Positions 15,168-53,900 of a stretch of DNA of 64,000 nt are shown here, in pieces. Position numbers and translations under genes: made by a program. Origin of the DNA: Tubulanus polymorphus (Eukaryota; Animalia; Nemertea); contig NC_134028.1 in assembly GCF_964204645.1 (NCBI RefSeq), positions 22,502,345 through 22,566,344 of the forward strand, read 5' to 3'. The notes beneath the pieces are model-generated. The model made no database searches. It had not been told where the DNA came from and was given only the letters and a program-made list of their open reading frames with translations. Each line of letters starts with the position of its first letter. Positions within the stretch are counted from its first letter, which is position 1.

Positions 15168-15240
15168 ACTAGTGAACCTGGCGGATCCTCGCCTGCCATG
15201 GAATGCTCGATTGCCACAGTACGGTGCGAGTATCTCATTG
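15168..15240 (-). mobile_element. Helitron-like 3' end (family B)
   Basis: ggcg-aggatc-cgcc hairpin 7 nt before CTAG-T; copies at 38851-38925, 61978-62050, 34930-34986, ~57052-57120. Confidence 0.5.
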
Positions 15241-18200
15241 CCTTTGTTGCGGTGTTGCTACGCGAAACAAAGTACAGTCTTTTTGAAGGGAATTGTCGCC
15301 CATTAGATGAGCTACGATAACCATTCACCGACTCACGTATAAACCGTCGCAGTTTTCGAGACTCGAATCAACATTTTAAAAAACGCAGATTGAAAACATG
15401 ACTTTGATTTGTTTGAATCGTTACCATTCGAATCGGTAGAGTACCTAATAAACAAATTGAAACGTTCGTACAGTTCTCGATAAACGTTTTTACAAGCGGT
15501 AATTTTTCTGTAAGCGATGAAAGACTTTACTGTTTCAATTCACGACGTATTTGTTTTGCCCGAGCCGAACTGAGATAAAATACACGCGCGATCTGTCCGC
15601 GTGAATGACCTAGAACAATCGAATCATTCTGAATAAACTGCGCGCCTAATTTACATTAGACGAATACGTCACGCGCGCCGTTTATCGATTGGAAGGAAAT
15701 AGAAATTGTTTAAATACTTGGAAAACGTTGATAGATCATCCCCATCCAGCATCCAGTGCGTCCGATTACGTATCGGAATGGACTGTGGATAAATTGATGT
15801 TTATTGGTAGAAAACACTTTAACGACATCGAAGGTCGTATTCAGTTGTATCGTGACTTGTGCGCTTTACTGCGAAACAGGGAACACAAATTTACTGCGTT
15901 CTATCAACATTCAGTCAAAAGTAACCGGGGCCAGTTTTAGAGACTGATTTCAACTTAAACCACCTGCAGTTAAACCTCAATTGAATTATAGCATTTGAGT
16001 TTGCCACCGGTTTGAAGATAAAACCAGTTTATAACCAGCCACAGGAGTATAACAAACATTTTTTTTCAAATACAATTGATGATGAATGATGGATATGGTA
16101 TTTCTGAAATAGTGTCAGCCTCCTAGCAAGAATTCAATAAAAATAATCTTTATTTTTCGAAGAAATTGAAACAATTTATATAACAAAGTATTCATACATT
16201 AATACAAATACCAGGGTGTAAATGTGCCAATATCATTTGAAGGAACCCTAAGAAATGTTCGTAGATCTGATCACATACACATGCTCATTCGACATTAGCA
16301 TGCAAACACACAAACACATAGTATAGAAAACATGGCTGAACCTTCAGTATTCTAAGAGTTTATGGCTTTTAAATAACTGTTTGAGAGTATCTAGTGATTT
16401 TTGAGATTTAATTCATTCAAATACATTACGTAATTTAGAAGATATCTATCTATGATACGATTAGTACGTAAAGAGGATCCATTTCTACAGTTTAAAGTTA
16501 GACTTTAACACCTCTTAGGATTAGTTCATTTTCAATGAGTTAGATTTAGAGCGAATACTTATATTTGGGACTGTGGAACGGAATCTAGGTTTCGTCTATT
16601 CGATTTGATTCGTTCGTAAGAGATTCGAAATATAACCGGCGCGTAACACAAACACCTCACGATGCTAAATAGAGATAGCTTATGACTCGCGCAAACCGAC
16701 ACTTATACAAATCGCGTTTGTGCGGCGGAACTAGCGCATCGAGCGCGGCTCAATACAACAACACCAACACAGAGTCGGTCCTTCCGAGTCATCGCTACCG
16801 ACTACACGACTATAAATATTTAAATCGTTTATTACTTCTTCAATGAATTCCACGTCGAATATTAATATTTCACGGATTACGGCTATTCGGTAAGCGGCAG
16901 CGCCATTGATTCGTGTTGTGAAAAGCGTTTTCCGTTGTCGGCTCGAGTCGTAATAATACAAATAGTTGCACGCGACTTGAGATAGATAAATCGTATGGAT
17001 TAAACTGCAGCATTTCTTTTCCGATTTCAATTATCTCTAGTATCACCAGTCCGGACTCGCTTCCTAAGAGAACCTGTCGTTTATTTGTATAACGCATTTT
17101 AATACGATTTGATATAAACCTATAGAAGGCTAAGCTGCCGAAGGGACCTGGGCACTTATCTGTAAGGAATATCCCTAGGTTTATTCCGCGTTAGGAAATT
17201 CGAATTTAATGAGTTTCCTGAACGTGAAGCAAGTACTTTCACACAAGGGTATATCGAATTTTTATGATAAAAACTTATGACAAAATGGCCTAACACGATT
17301 CATTAGTATCATGCATCGTGGAATAACTTGATATATAGGCCTTACTCTTTTCATTCACATATACATCTACGAAAATAAATTATTATCAATCATTATCGTC
17401 ATCCAGCCAGAATGCTTCCGAAGAAAGCCATCTTCGTTTTGACTTAACTCATTCCACTCTTTTATATCTCTTGGGGCAACCTGAGACTCAAATAGACACG
17501 AGACAATTTTCTTCGTAGAAGAAACCTTTCAACTGCAGCGCAGTTAGATTCGAAATGTCGAGTCGAACTCATTAAGATTTCATGAAAAAAATGAATAATC
17601 GCTTATATCGTTAGGTCTTCCCAGAAAGTATAGTAGACGTTTTTAAAATCATCGCCGCCCTAGGGAAGACACGAGCTGGTATACTGACAACAATCTGGAA
17701 TGATGATGATGAACCAAAAAGGTGAATATTGCCAGTAAATGGAATAGACTCATCTCTGGAAATCTCTGGGCTTGAGATCTCCGGGGACGCCTCTCTTTAT
17801 TCGGTAGAATCTTTTTATCTATTGGATTGACGCCGACGAAAGACGATTCCTGGACAAATTCAATACAATACAATAGCTGTTGCTAAACGTCAAGAGAAAA
17901 GCCTACTCTGGAAGAATAGCATTAGTGTATACGTATATAAAACTGAGACCGGCTGTTGAACTAACAAAAAAAACTATTCGATATCCCAAACAAATGGAAA
18001 GACTGCGCAAAAAGAAACCAACGGAACTAATGAACACTAGGGTGTTAAACTACCCGATCGATTCATCGATTTTTACTAATACTTATTCATTTCAGAGTAC
18101 TCTTAAACGGGTACGCGCGCGTCGTGTATGTGTTTCTTGTATTGCCCTATACAGTATGGAATCTGTTTAATCGCAGTCGCGCGATCGATTGATCGAGTGA

Positions 18201-19942
18201 AAATACGTTTGTGAAAAAAAATACGTCGATCGTATCAAAACAACGCGGTTATATAGACGTATTTGTCAACGGGTTTAATGATTTATACCACGTATTCACT
18301 CAACCGGAGAAAAGATCATAAAAATCGACAAGTAACACCTGTAAATCGTGGTAATGAATGTCACGCTTTGTCGGTGCTTTTTTTGTTCGAACAAAAACTT
18401 GTATTCTTTTTACAAAAAAAAACAAAACTAATGACACTTATCTGAAAGGGTAACTGGACAATTTTCCGAGTTCTTCTGCGCGCAACGTCGAAATGATTTT
18501 TTTTACAAAAAAAAACCAGTATATTTATCACAGGCTTAATAAATCGTTTGAATTGAATTTATGAAACGAAAAATACACATAATAATAATTCATGACAATG
18601 TACGAAGATCATCAATGGCTATTGCGTTAACACTTTTTTCGTTTCGCTTTCCGATGGGGAATGCACTCACTAACGGAGTCCGTAGTATGGGACGCTAATG
18701 GTCGTGACATTTCTGGGACGAGAAAGCTATTAGTTATAAGCGTCACCACCTACCTTTCCGATATAACAACGACGATGCAGTTGTCTTGATGACTTTTAGC
18801 GCACCAGCTAATGACTTCCCTATCCGTGAAGTGTTTTGTAGTTGATGTCACTTTCCAAACATTTTTTTGAGAGTGTGCTGAGAGTCAACTATAATTCAGC
18901 TATCCGATGATTTTCCGTTCGTGGAGTTCCACGCGTCTTACAATACGTAAATCGCCACTAATTGGGATAAAAATGAACGCCTAATTCACCCAGTTTTTTT
19001 CGCAACGACTGCTTTCGAGGACCGCTTTTTCTTGCGTATTGTATTACGGGCGAATCCGACTTGCACGAACTGCGCTCAGTCAGTATATGTAACAAACATA
19101 TCGAGTCCTGTATTCCAGCTTGGTGCGTGTGTAAATGTACACACGCGCTTTCAAACGATTTCCATTGACGCCATCAGAAATTCAGTACGCCATACTCGAC
19201 GAGCCCGACGCTATTAAACGAGCGTACTTATCTAAGAAAAATAATACGACTCGAACGAAACTGGATATTTCACCAATCTGTGCCCGCCGACGGAGACTGT
19301 CGGCCGAGATGTCGATCTTATCTGATGCTCGAACGAACTAGCGTCGACCGGTGGCGCTACTCGCGAGCTCCAGTCGAGGCGAACGAATCGTGCTAACGTA
19401 GAGCGATTTATCGATGGCAGAGATTTCGCTTATCTCGACCCGATGTCGGAAACTGGATTGAATATGATCCTCGCGTCATCGGAAAATGTACCGATGTAGC
19501 CGACTATCCAGTTGTCGGAGACCCGAGATCTTGGCAATATTTTCTATTATCTTTTTTCGTTTTTGTTTTTTAAATTCCCTCAACCTACTGAGCGCCACAC
19601 TTGGCATTATTAGCGGGTTCTATTTTTCTCTTTTCCCAATGGGGGGGGGGAGGAGACCAGAGAAGAACCTTCGACCAAGATGCTCTGTCGCCACCAGGGT
19701 TGACGAGACCAGTGACCGGTGGCTTAACCCATTCGGCCACTGACAGCACCTCTCCTGGCTCTATCGCATTAATATTCGTAATGTCGCTTCGCAAAGGATA
19801 TATTCATTGTATCATTTTGTATTGAAATAGAATAGATTTATCTATGTCGAATAATCGAACACAGTGTTTGTCTTAAGAAAGTCGTAGGCGTAAAATTGTG
19901 ATAGCATGGAATTGGAGACTAACTACTTCAGATGATGAGTTT

Positions 19943-20125
19943 AGAACCCACTATACACGGAAGTTAAAAGATTAAAAACGAAATTTTATTATCGAAATAC
20001 ATGACGTTTCGAACACTCACAAGAGATCATCAGGTGTCAGGTGAATAATAAAATTCGTTTTCAATCTTTTAAATTATGAGGGGTTTTAGGTTATTGTCTG
20101 TTCTCCACGTCAGAGTGTGGCTATT
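19943..20125. mobile_element. Fold-back Penelope-like remnant
   Basis: Inverted arms, minus-strand CTGATGA..GAAACGTC, tail tctgttctccacgtcagagtgtggctatt. Confidence 0.6.
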
Positions 20126-23100
20126 CTGCCATAACCGCTTCGGGCTATTCCGCGTGACTTCGCGAAACTACGATCGATGGACATAACTTGACCGACAACC
20201 ATCATCAAACGATAACATATATTCCGTTCATCAATCAGTTTTCATTTCCCCATAATACATATCTTAATAATGAACGGCACAAAAACCCAGCACGTAATAA
20301 TTGATAGTTTATACGCACTAATAATTCATAATTAAAACGCAACGAGCCCCGTTGACATTTAGACTGCGATTTATCGTTTGTTTACGCCGAACCGATATTA
20401 ACGGTATGTTTGCATGGATACAGCGAAATATGAATTCATCAAATATTGCTAAAAATGTATTTTTAGAGGTTGACACCGTTTGGTGATTTGCATAATATGT
20501 AATCTAGAATTTCAATAGAATAGGCGTTAGATTGAGGCACTAATGTTGATCGTTTAATGGTAAATTCATATTATAACATATGATTCTTGTCAACCTGCTG
20601 TTATTTTGCATCAGTTTATATATGTATGCGTAAAACAAAAATCAAATTAGTTATTTATTCCCGTTTTGTGAATCCGGTTTTTATTTTATTGATAGATAAA
20701 TAATAATAATCTTTATCACATATCAATTACCATCAAATATCTATCTGCCATGGAACTTTTGAAAACAAGGTTTAGAAAATGTTCTCTACGTGTTGGGAAA
20801 TAGCGTACATCGAAGGCTTCGAAGCCACATCTATATATTAGCGATAAACTATGCGTCGTTCGATAGCAAAAGCGACTGTTTAAATTGACTGGATCTGTCT
20901 ATTACCTCGTGCCAATCGTTGTTCTGACAAAATTTCGCGTGAAGTGCCACGGATCAGTAACACCATAACCGCTCCACGAGTAAAACCAGTGAAAAATTAA
21001 ACCTAAGGTCGTTTTATTGCCAATGTCAGGTGGCCGATGATACGTACAGGACGCGGCGTATCGGAAATTTATTTCGCAATTCTCCAAAGCTTGTCTGTCA
21101 TTTCTGGTTTGTCGATAATGGCGCGCTTCATCCGTGAGTGCCGAGATTTTTATGAAGTGTAAAAATACGGTAATATCAGTCGCCGCGATCGGAGGTTGAA
21201 AATATGATGATTGAGAATAATTCTACAAAAAAAAAATCCCGAATCCTTTATTCCGAAATTGAACGCGTTGTACCCAATAGTTATGGTGGCTGGTTCGGGC
21301 CATACTAAAGATAAGATTTTCCGTACGTCTAGATGAACTATAAACAAATTTTCAAATATTTGTTTTCTCGCACGAGAAAACAAAAAAAAAGGCCAAAGCG
21401 AATCCTTCCTCTAGCCGTACAGAAAATGAAAAACAGAAAAATAGTACGACCCGAATCAGCCTCCATTTAATGGTACTATCAACATTTCGGACTTTTCATT
21501 TGATCACGTCGTGGGATTTGCATTCGTGATTTTATTAACACAAATCCACGATCAAGTTTCATGAAAAAGATAAAGCGAAACCGGGCCCTGCGCCTGTAGT
21601 CGGTGAGTGTAAACAACAATGAACATTATCACGTAAAGAACTGTGTTTTGATTGTGTTAATATTTTATTTACAACAACAACGATTCATATTTTTCATTAT
21701 ATGTAAAACTGAAGACACGTCAATCGGCGTCGGTCTTCGATAACAAAATAATACAGGATTTTTTTTTTTTACATCAACTTTTAATATCAATATTTTACAA
21801 TCTGATCGATGATTATTTGTACGCGCCGCGCATTTCAATATTTATCGTATCCACACAACGCCATTCTTTACCACACGATGTTTGTTTTCATCTTGGATAC
21901 CACGCAATTTTATCATTAGCTTCGGAAAAACTCATTTATCTCGACGTTCGGAAGCAATCAACACATTACGGTTCGTAAAAGTGAATATTTCTTACAGCTG
22001 TACATCGAAATAAAGCATGTGCTTGGACTATTTGGGAAAAGATATATCCGAGAAAATATCGTTTCATAGCTAGAGCTTCGTCCGAGGTGGGCGTAGGTCG
22101 GCCTTGCAACTGCCGGCGGCGATTGTGTCTCAAAAACCAGTCGACATTATCTATTTTGTTTAACCTCAACCTTTTGAGGTAGAAACTTTTTTTGACTGAA
22201 CTAACCTAAACTCTGCTCTTGAGACTGGAAGAGACTGGTTTCGACCAACGCAACCATACGGCGACCAGTCGCAACCGATCGCATCGCGTCGGCAAGTCGA
22301 CCGACGTACGTTTTTAAGACGCACCCAGGTCGCCCTTAGACAACTGCGACTACAATTTGAAGCGACTGATTCGAGCTGAACTGCGATCGTCAGCGACCGT
22401 CTTTTGTCAACTGCGGCGACCTGAGCTCGTCTGCTACTGACAGTGATGGGTCAGCGACGGAAACACAGATTCTCTATAACTCTCGTAGACGGTTTCAACG
22501 TTCGGGATGTTTTTACCAAAAGCGCTCCGTTTCCTGGCGAGGGAATGAATATAGAATTTCAGGTCGATTATCAGTTTTGGAAATAAAAGCAACAACAAAT
22601 AATAATTATCAACAAGACTAGACTAGAGATTTACAAATTTGATAATCAACGCACAATAACCAGAATAATACACAGATTCTTACGTACTCAACAGACATAT
22701 GAAAATTACTTATATATTTTTGCTCCTCTTGATCAGTGTTTAGATATTGGTCCAATTTGCTGCCTGGGCTCTAAGAAAGAGGATGAATAATTTTTCCGCT
22801 TAAAAGACTTTGACACGATTACATTTAAGAGTCGTTATCGTCTACCACGGTCTCCCGATCGAATTTTCAAGACGACATTAGTAAAAAAAAATGATTAATG
22901 CATTCTAATAGTTTTTTAAAGGGGGGAAAAATACTCGGATGAAAATGTTTCGAAAGTTTGAAGTACAATATTTTGATACGTTTGAAAATTCAGCTGCTGT
23001 TTTTGCGTTGTGTAGTCGTCGAAGAAATATGAATTTTCCAGATTTTCCACGTGGGCAAAAAGTCGAATCAATATTCTTACTTCAAGCGGCTCTCTAACGC

Positions 23101-23221
23101 TTTAAATGCCAAGGTTAAATAGAAGACACCTCGTGAGAGTAATAACAACCGCATTTTGAATTGTGACGCTAGTTTCTGCCGGAAAAAAAACGTTAACGAC
23201 TAGGGAATCAAAAATCTCGAT

Positions 23222-23476
23222 AATAACACTCTGAATCCGTGTTGTGACGATGATACACGATGGAATCCCACAGCAAAATAGAAAAACAAATCCGAAAAGT
23301 TTCCTTGAGCTAGAAGTTTTCGACGTTTTCGACGTTTCGACTATTTCCTAGTATTCTTGGAGATGAACCTCGGGTTACGGTCGAAACGTCGAATGAATAT
23401 GAAGCTCACGTCATCTTTTCCGACTCGTTTCTATTTGTACTGTGTTTGATTTCTATTGTTGACTTGAGGATTCCTC
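23222..23476. mobile_element. Fold-back Penelope-like remnant in the probable RET 3' UTR
   Basis: Inverted arms with opposed cgacgtttcga / tcgaaacgtcg; tail related to the 47118 copy. Confidence 0.5.
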
Positions 23477-23580
23477 TTTCGTAAATGTTCAATGTTGTAA
23501 AATGGTCCCTTAGAATTGCCATGATTTCCTTATTTTTATATAGGAAACTGAATGTAATGTTAATAAGCGTCTGCTCTGAT

Positions 23581-49422
<25,842 letters not shown>

Positions 49423-49549
49423 CTTTTCGCTTTTTCGACGCTTTTACGTCTCCTGTCCATTTCTATCTGATATCCAGGCTGAGCGAGGCGTCAAAGCTTT
49501 TAGACATTGGTCGTAATCCATTTGTGATCCGGCAGACAATTTTCCGGCA

Positions 49550-49700
49550 ATCTCCAGAACGAGAACTCGTGCAGTGCGCGTGTTTTATGAAGGTTACAGT
49601 GTCACACACGCGCGCGCGGAGACGTTTGGCTTTATGAGACCGGGTATCAAGCAGCTGCACAACTTAGAACCTGCCTTGATCTCGATCCGGGTGACTCAAC
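49550..49700 (-). promoter_or_regulatory. Candidate RET core promoter
   Basis: CG-dinucleotide run, TATA-like CATAAAA (49589-49583) and GCAGCTGC E-box about 160-230 nt upstream of the ATG; TSS not determinable from sequence. Confidence 0.3.
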
Positions 49701-50797
49701 TGCCCCGCGCAATAGTAACAACGTCACCTAGGTGAGATCGCGTGCTTTCGACGCACGATCGACGACGACGATTGGTCGAATTACGCAAACAAATTTATGC
49801 GCGCGTGCGCAGTGCGAACCAATCGAAATCTCATTCACGAAAACGGGAATGATGAGTTTTTTTCGAGATTTATCTGGAACCAATTCATCGCCCTTAAAAT
49901 CAATGAATTCTTTTATTTCCGAGCGTATGTATCTAAAAGTAGATGATTTTCTAGCTGTTCGTCTATAGAAGTTTCTGACGGCGCTTTCAACGTGTTTTTC
50001 TCGGCGTTGATGGTGAATTATGTAAAAAGAAATTCAGCGAAAATTTCATTCGCTGATATATTGGTGAATGGGGTAAAGCTAATGTAGCTGGTCATGAATG
50101 GAACGGGCAATTTGTGAATGAAATTATAGGATGTCATTAGGCTTAAAACAAATATATTGACTAAGCCATTAGATAACCGAAGTCTAGGAAATCGCGTCTT
50201 ACCCGTAATCCGTCAAATATGAGGCTCCCTGAAAAATCTGAAACACGAAACTACGAAAATGCGATTTTCAAAAGCGCGTTTCTCCCTTTAATCGCCGGTG
50301 AGGAGCTAATTCTATCCGAAAAAAAAACAGGTTAGGTATAAATTCTAAATGATTTCAATGGACGACGTCAGACTGGGCAACCGATGCGCACGGGCGACCG
50401 ATCTAAAAATGTGTCGAGTTGTCTGATATTACTATCTGAATAAAAACCTGCTCCATAAATCGGAATACGTCTTGTTGCCACGTGAGAGGCCTCCAACATC
50501 CAGGGCAAATCGACTGGAATTGACACCCTAATACACCCGTCCTAAGTAAGCCCACCCTGAGTTCACATGTTATGAGATCACTCCGACCAGACTGCAGTCA
50601 TTTTATCCTTTGTATTCTGTTGCTATTCAAGGACTGTGCCTTTATCATTCCTGTGAAAAACAGGAGCTCTCGGGGCCAGTTGGGCAGTCAGGGCATGAAT
50701 AAAACACCGGCAAAGAGGACGAGACTGAGTTCTCCAGCAACGACCGTTCTTAAGATTTGATACTATTTTGGGCGTGTAGCTCATTGATTATACACCT

Positions 50798-50934
50798 GGG
50801 GCCGGTTGCAGTCATGGCTTGACTTAAGACCAGTCTAAGACCAAGATTGTTCTATAGCCAATCTAACAAGTAAAGACCAGTCTTAAGATTTAGGACCACT
50901 TTTGGACTTGAGTCATGACTATACAACTGGCCCC
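50798..50934. mobile_element. MITE family E, PIF/Harbinger-like
   Basis: TIR gggccggttgcagtcatgg / catgactatacaactggccc with apparent CTG duplication on both flanks. Confidence 0.7.
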
Positions 50935-53900
50935 TGGACCTAGGTCTTCCAATTTTCTGGGTCCTGCTCGTGATATCAGCGGGCCTACACCAATGAGGTT
51001 TCCCTTGCTGCTTCCGACAGAAGAGCCTTCTACGACTAAAACCATCTTGTCATTTTCAAACCGCGTTGTATTATTACGACCAATTACTCGTCAATTTCAC
51101 GCGAGTTGGTCAATATAAACACATCCCGCTGATTTTACCGACAAGACGACATCTCGGAGTCGAAAGAAACGTCTCATAATAACCGCAGCGGTTGATATTT
51201 ACGAATATGGATTCCATTCGAAAAACATATCTGCTCGTTAGACCAGTCGCTAAATAAGAAATAAATAATCATAACAGCGAACATCATGCGGTTTACGAGG
51301 ATTGTATTCAATAAAAGGTCCATTTTCAAATCTATTTTATTCCCGCTTTAATTATTATCAATGGGCACTATCTTGATTTTTGACGCCGATTTTGCAAATC
51401 CTTCGTACGGCAAGCTAAGACTATATTGGTTATGTATGTGACGTCAGTTAGTGTGTCAGCCAGTTCTGGTACCGGTTGCGCATAGTCACGGCTTAGACAT
51501 AGGACCCAGTCTAAAAAGAAAACTTATTACTGCATCTAAACAATTTAAGACCAGTCCTTAGATTTAAGACCACTTGAGCCATGACTGTGCAACCAGATCC
51601 CTAGTTAGAGACTTGCGCTATACATAGCAACAAAAGATAATCGGGAGACTATCATGAACCCTAAAACTCCGAAACTTCGTTTTGGAGTTTATTGAAGACT
51701 TTAGATATTTCGAAGGTATGTCATGTACGTGACTAGATTGCCCAACAATATGGCGTGTACTCTCGTGGTAAAAACCCATCACTGCAATATAGCGATGAGG
51801 TCAATCAATTATCATCGGCAATTAAACTGTATTCCCAATCCGTCCATATTTAACATTCCTTTGTCTTACTACGCCGTTTGCGCTTCATAAAATACTCATT
51901 CGATACGATACACAAAATCCGAGTTAATCACTTAAGCGTCGAAAGGTTTATGATTTTCGTCGTCGACGATACGGTTGCGATCAAAGGATTGTTGCCAGCT
52001 TTTTACGATACGCCGAAAGTCGTCGGTGATATCAATCGCGTAGTATAAGTATTATTACCTCGACTATAAAGCAACTGGACCCGGTACAAGTGTCCATATT
52101 CCTTTCTTCGTCCCCGCTGATTTCGATGCTGTAGTTACCTCTTCGATTAGACAAGTTATCTACCCGCGGTTGGTACTGAGCGAAACAAAGCATTCAAAAA
52201 GTTAAATAAAAAACTTATAAACGGAGTTGTACGTATGAGTAACGGGTAGAAATGTACGTACTGTGATATAAAGGGGCACAAGGCCAATAATCAAAATTGA
52301 AGATTTATCGTTAAAATCATCATTGCGCTTGCGATAAAATGTCGTCATCACTTTTTCTTTGTATCTCATTTCGTTCATTTCTGTCCGGAAGAGCAACGCA
52401 GCCAACTACAGCCATTCGAGTGTAAAAAGTCAAATATTCGAGTTTAAAAAGTTTATCGACGTTTTGAAATTAAAGAGCGTTTTGGTTTCCGTAAAATAAA
52501 CTTGTTCTTGAATTTGCACCCTGGTTATATTCGGTACAGCGAGATCCACACACACACGGAATATAGATATAACGACTTTTATTAATTTGTTGTAAAACGA
52601 GCTTCAATTAATTCGAACGTGCGGCGGAAATGAATTTCGACTCGCAGGAGAAACATCCGGGCGTGGCCGGAGAACAGTCGATAGTGCGGTCTAAAGGTAT
52701 AAAACAGCCCACACACATTTCTGTACGGGAACTGATTTAATGTCTCATACTGACACTTTTTGAAGTACGTTAATTCCACGCTCGTTTATCGTTATATTTC
52801 TGATGATAATTTCTTGATGGAAACATTCATTTTCTAAGACACGTATATTCATTGTGTTACTCGGTTCGTCACCCAAACAAGTTGATTCGTGTTCGGATCC
52901 ATGGTCGTACGTATATGTACTAGACAGGGCTAAAAACAAAAAATGGGAATTCACGGGTTCCTAGCCTAGATGGTCTTCAAAATAAACGTAAATCATATTT
53001 GTTTCATTTCATATTTGATGCATTACGAGAGCTTTGAGCATTGCTGATTGCTGATTTGAACATGTTCGTGGAGTTCATTGCTCTGCGTGTTTGAAGGACA
53101 TTAGAAAATCTGGACCTACCGCAAACACGCCCTGAATCTGCCGCTATTACTTCTGATTTCACCAAGTTTCTGATATATGAAAATTATCTAACTGTAGGTT
53201 AGTTTGAGGGTGATTCTACACCGGCCGCTGAGCCTAGTAGTTGCAATGACCTTTTTTGTCTTATTAGTCAATCCAATTAATGCTCTAAACATCGGCGTAT
53301 TGGAATTTTAGAGGCGTCATACTGTTTGAAACAGCGTTCACCGTAAAACATAAGCCGCGTTCGACGTTTTACAGCGTGACAACGTAAAACTCGACGTCAG
53401 CGGCAACGCTGCAGCGTACAGAAGCGTGCAGCGTCAGCGTACTTAATGAGATGGTACTACTACTTTAACGCGTGACTTACCGCTGTTTCACCGTTGCGCT
53501 AACGCTGAATCATCGCGACGTTAGAATCGAATCAGTTAACGTTTACGGTAATCAACGTTGACGCGTTTGTTTCTAGTGACAAAGCGCAGATTGCGGACGA
53601 TAAAAATCCGAACGTTCGTTCGTTCAATGCTCGTCGCTCTGTGCGACAACGACGACCGTTGACGTTACAAATTGATAATAAAACGCAAATAATACGTTTG
53701 CTAAATTAATATTTCGCCGTGCGTTGACAATAAGACGTTTTAGCGCCTTTATCGGCAGATACTGATTAAATCTTACCGACAAAACCAAAACAATTAACGA
53801 TATGAAGAAAAAAACGTATCGCGCGCTATCAAACATTGTCAAAGAACACACGTGTAAAAGTATGGGCCCGCTATGCATTCCATGGATGAATCTAAAGTAG

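Noticed and set aside
50203-50237. Micro-exon-like segment with good AG/GT ends upstream of exon 1
   Set aside because: No reading frame links it to the RET CDS; could be untranslated but unsupported
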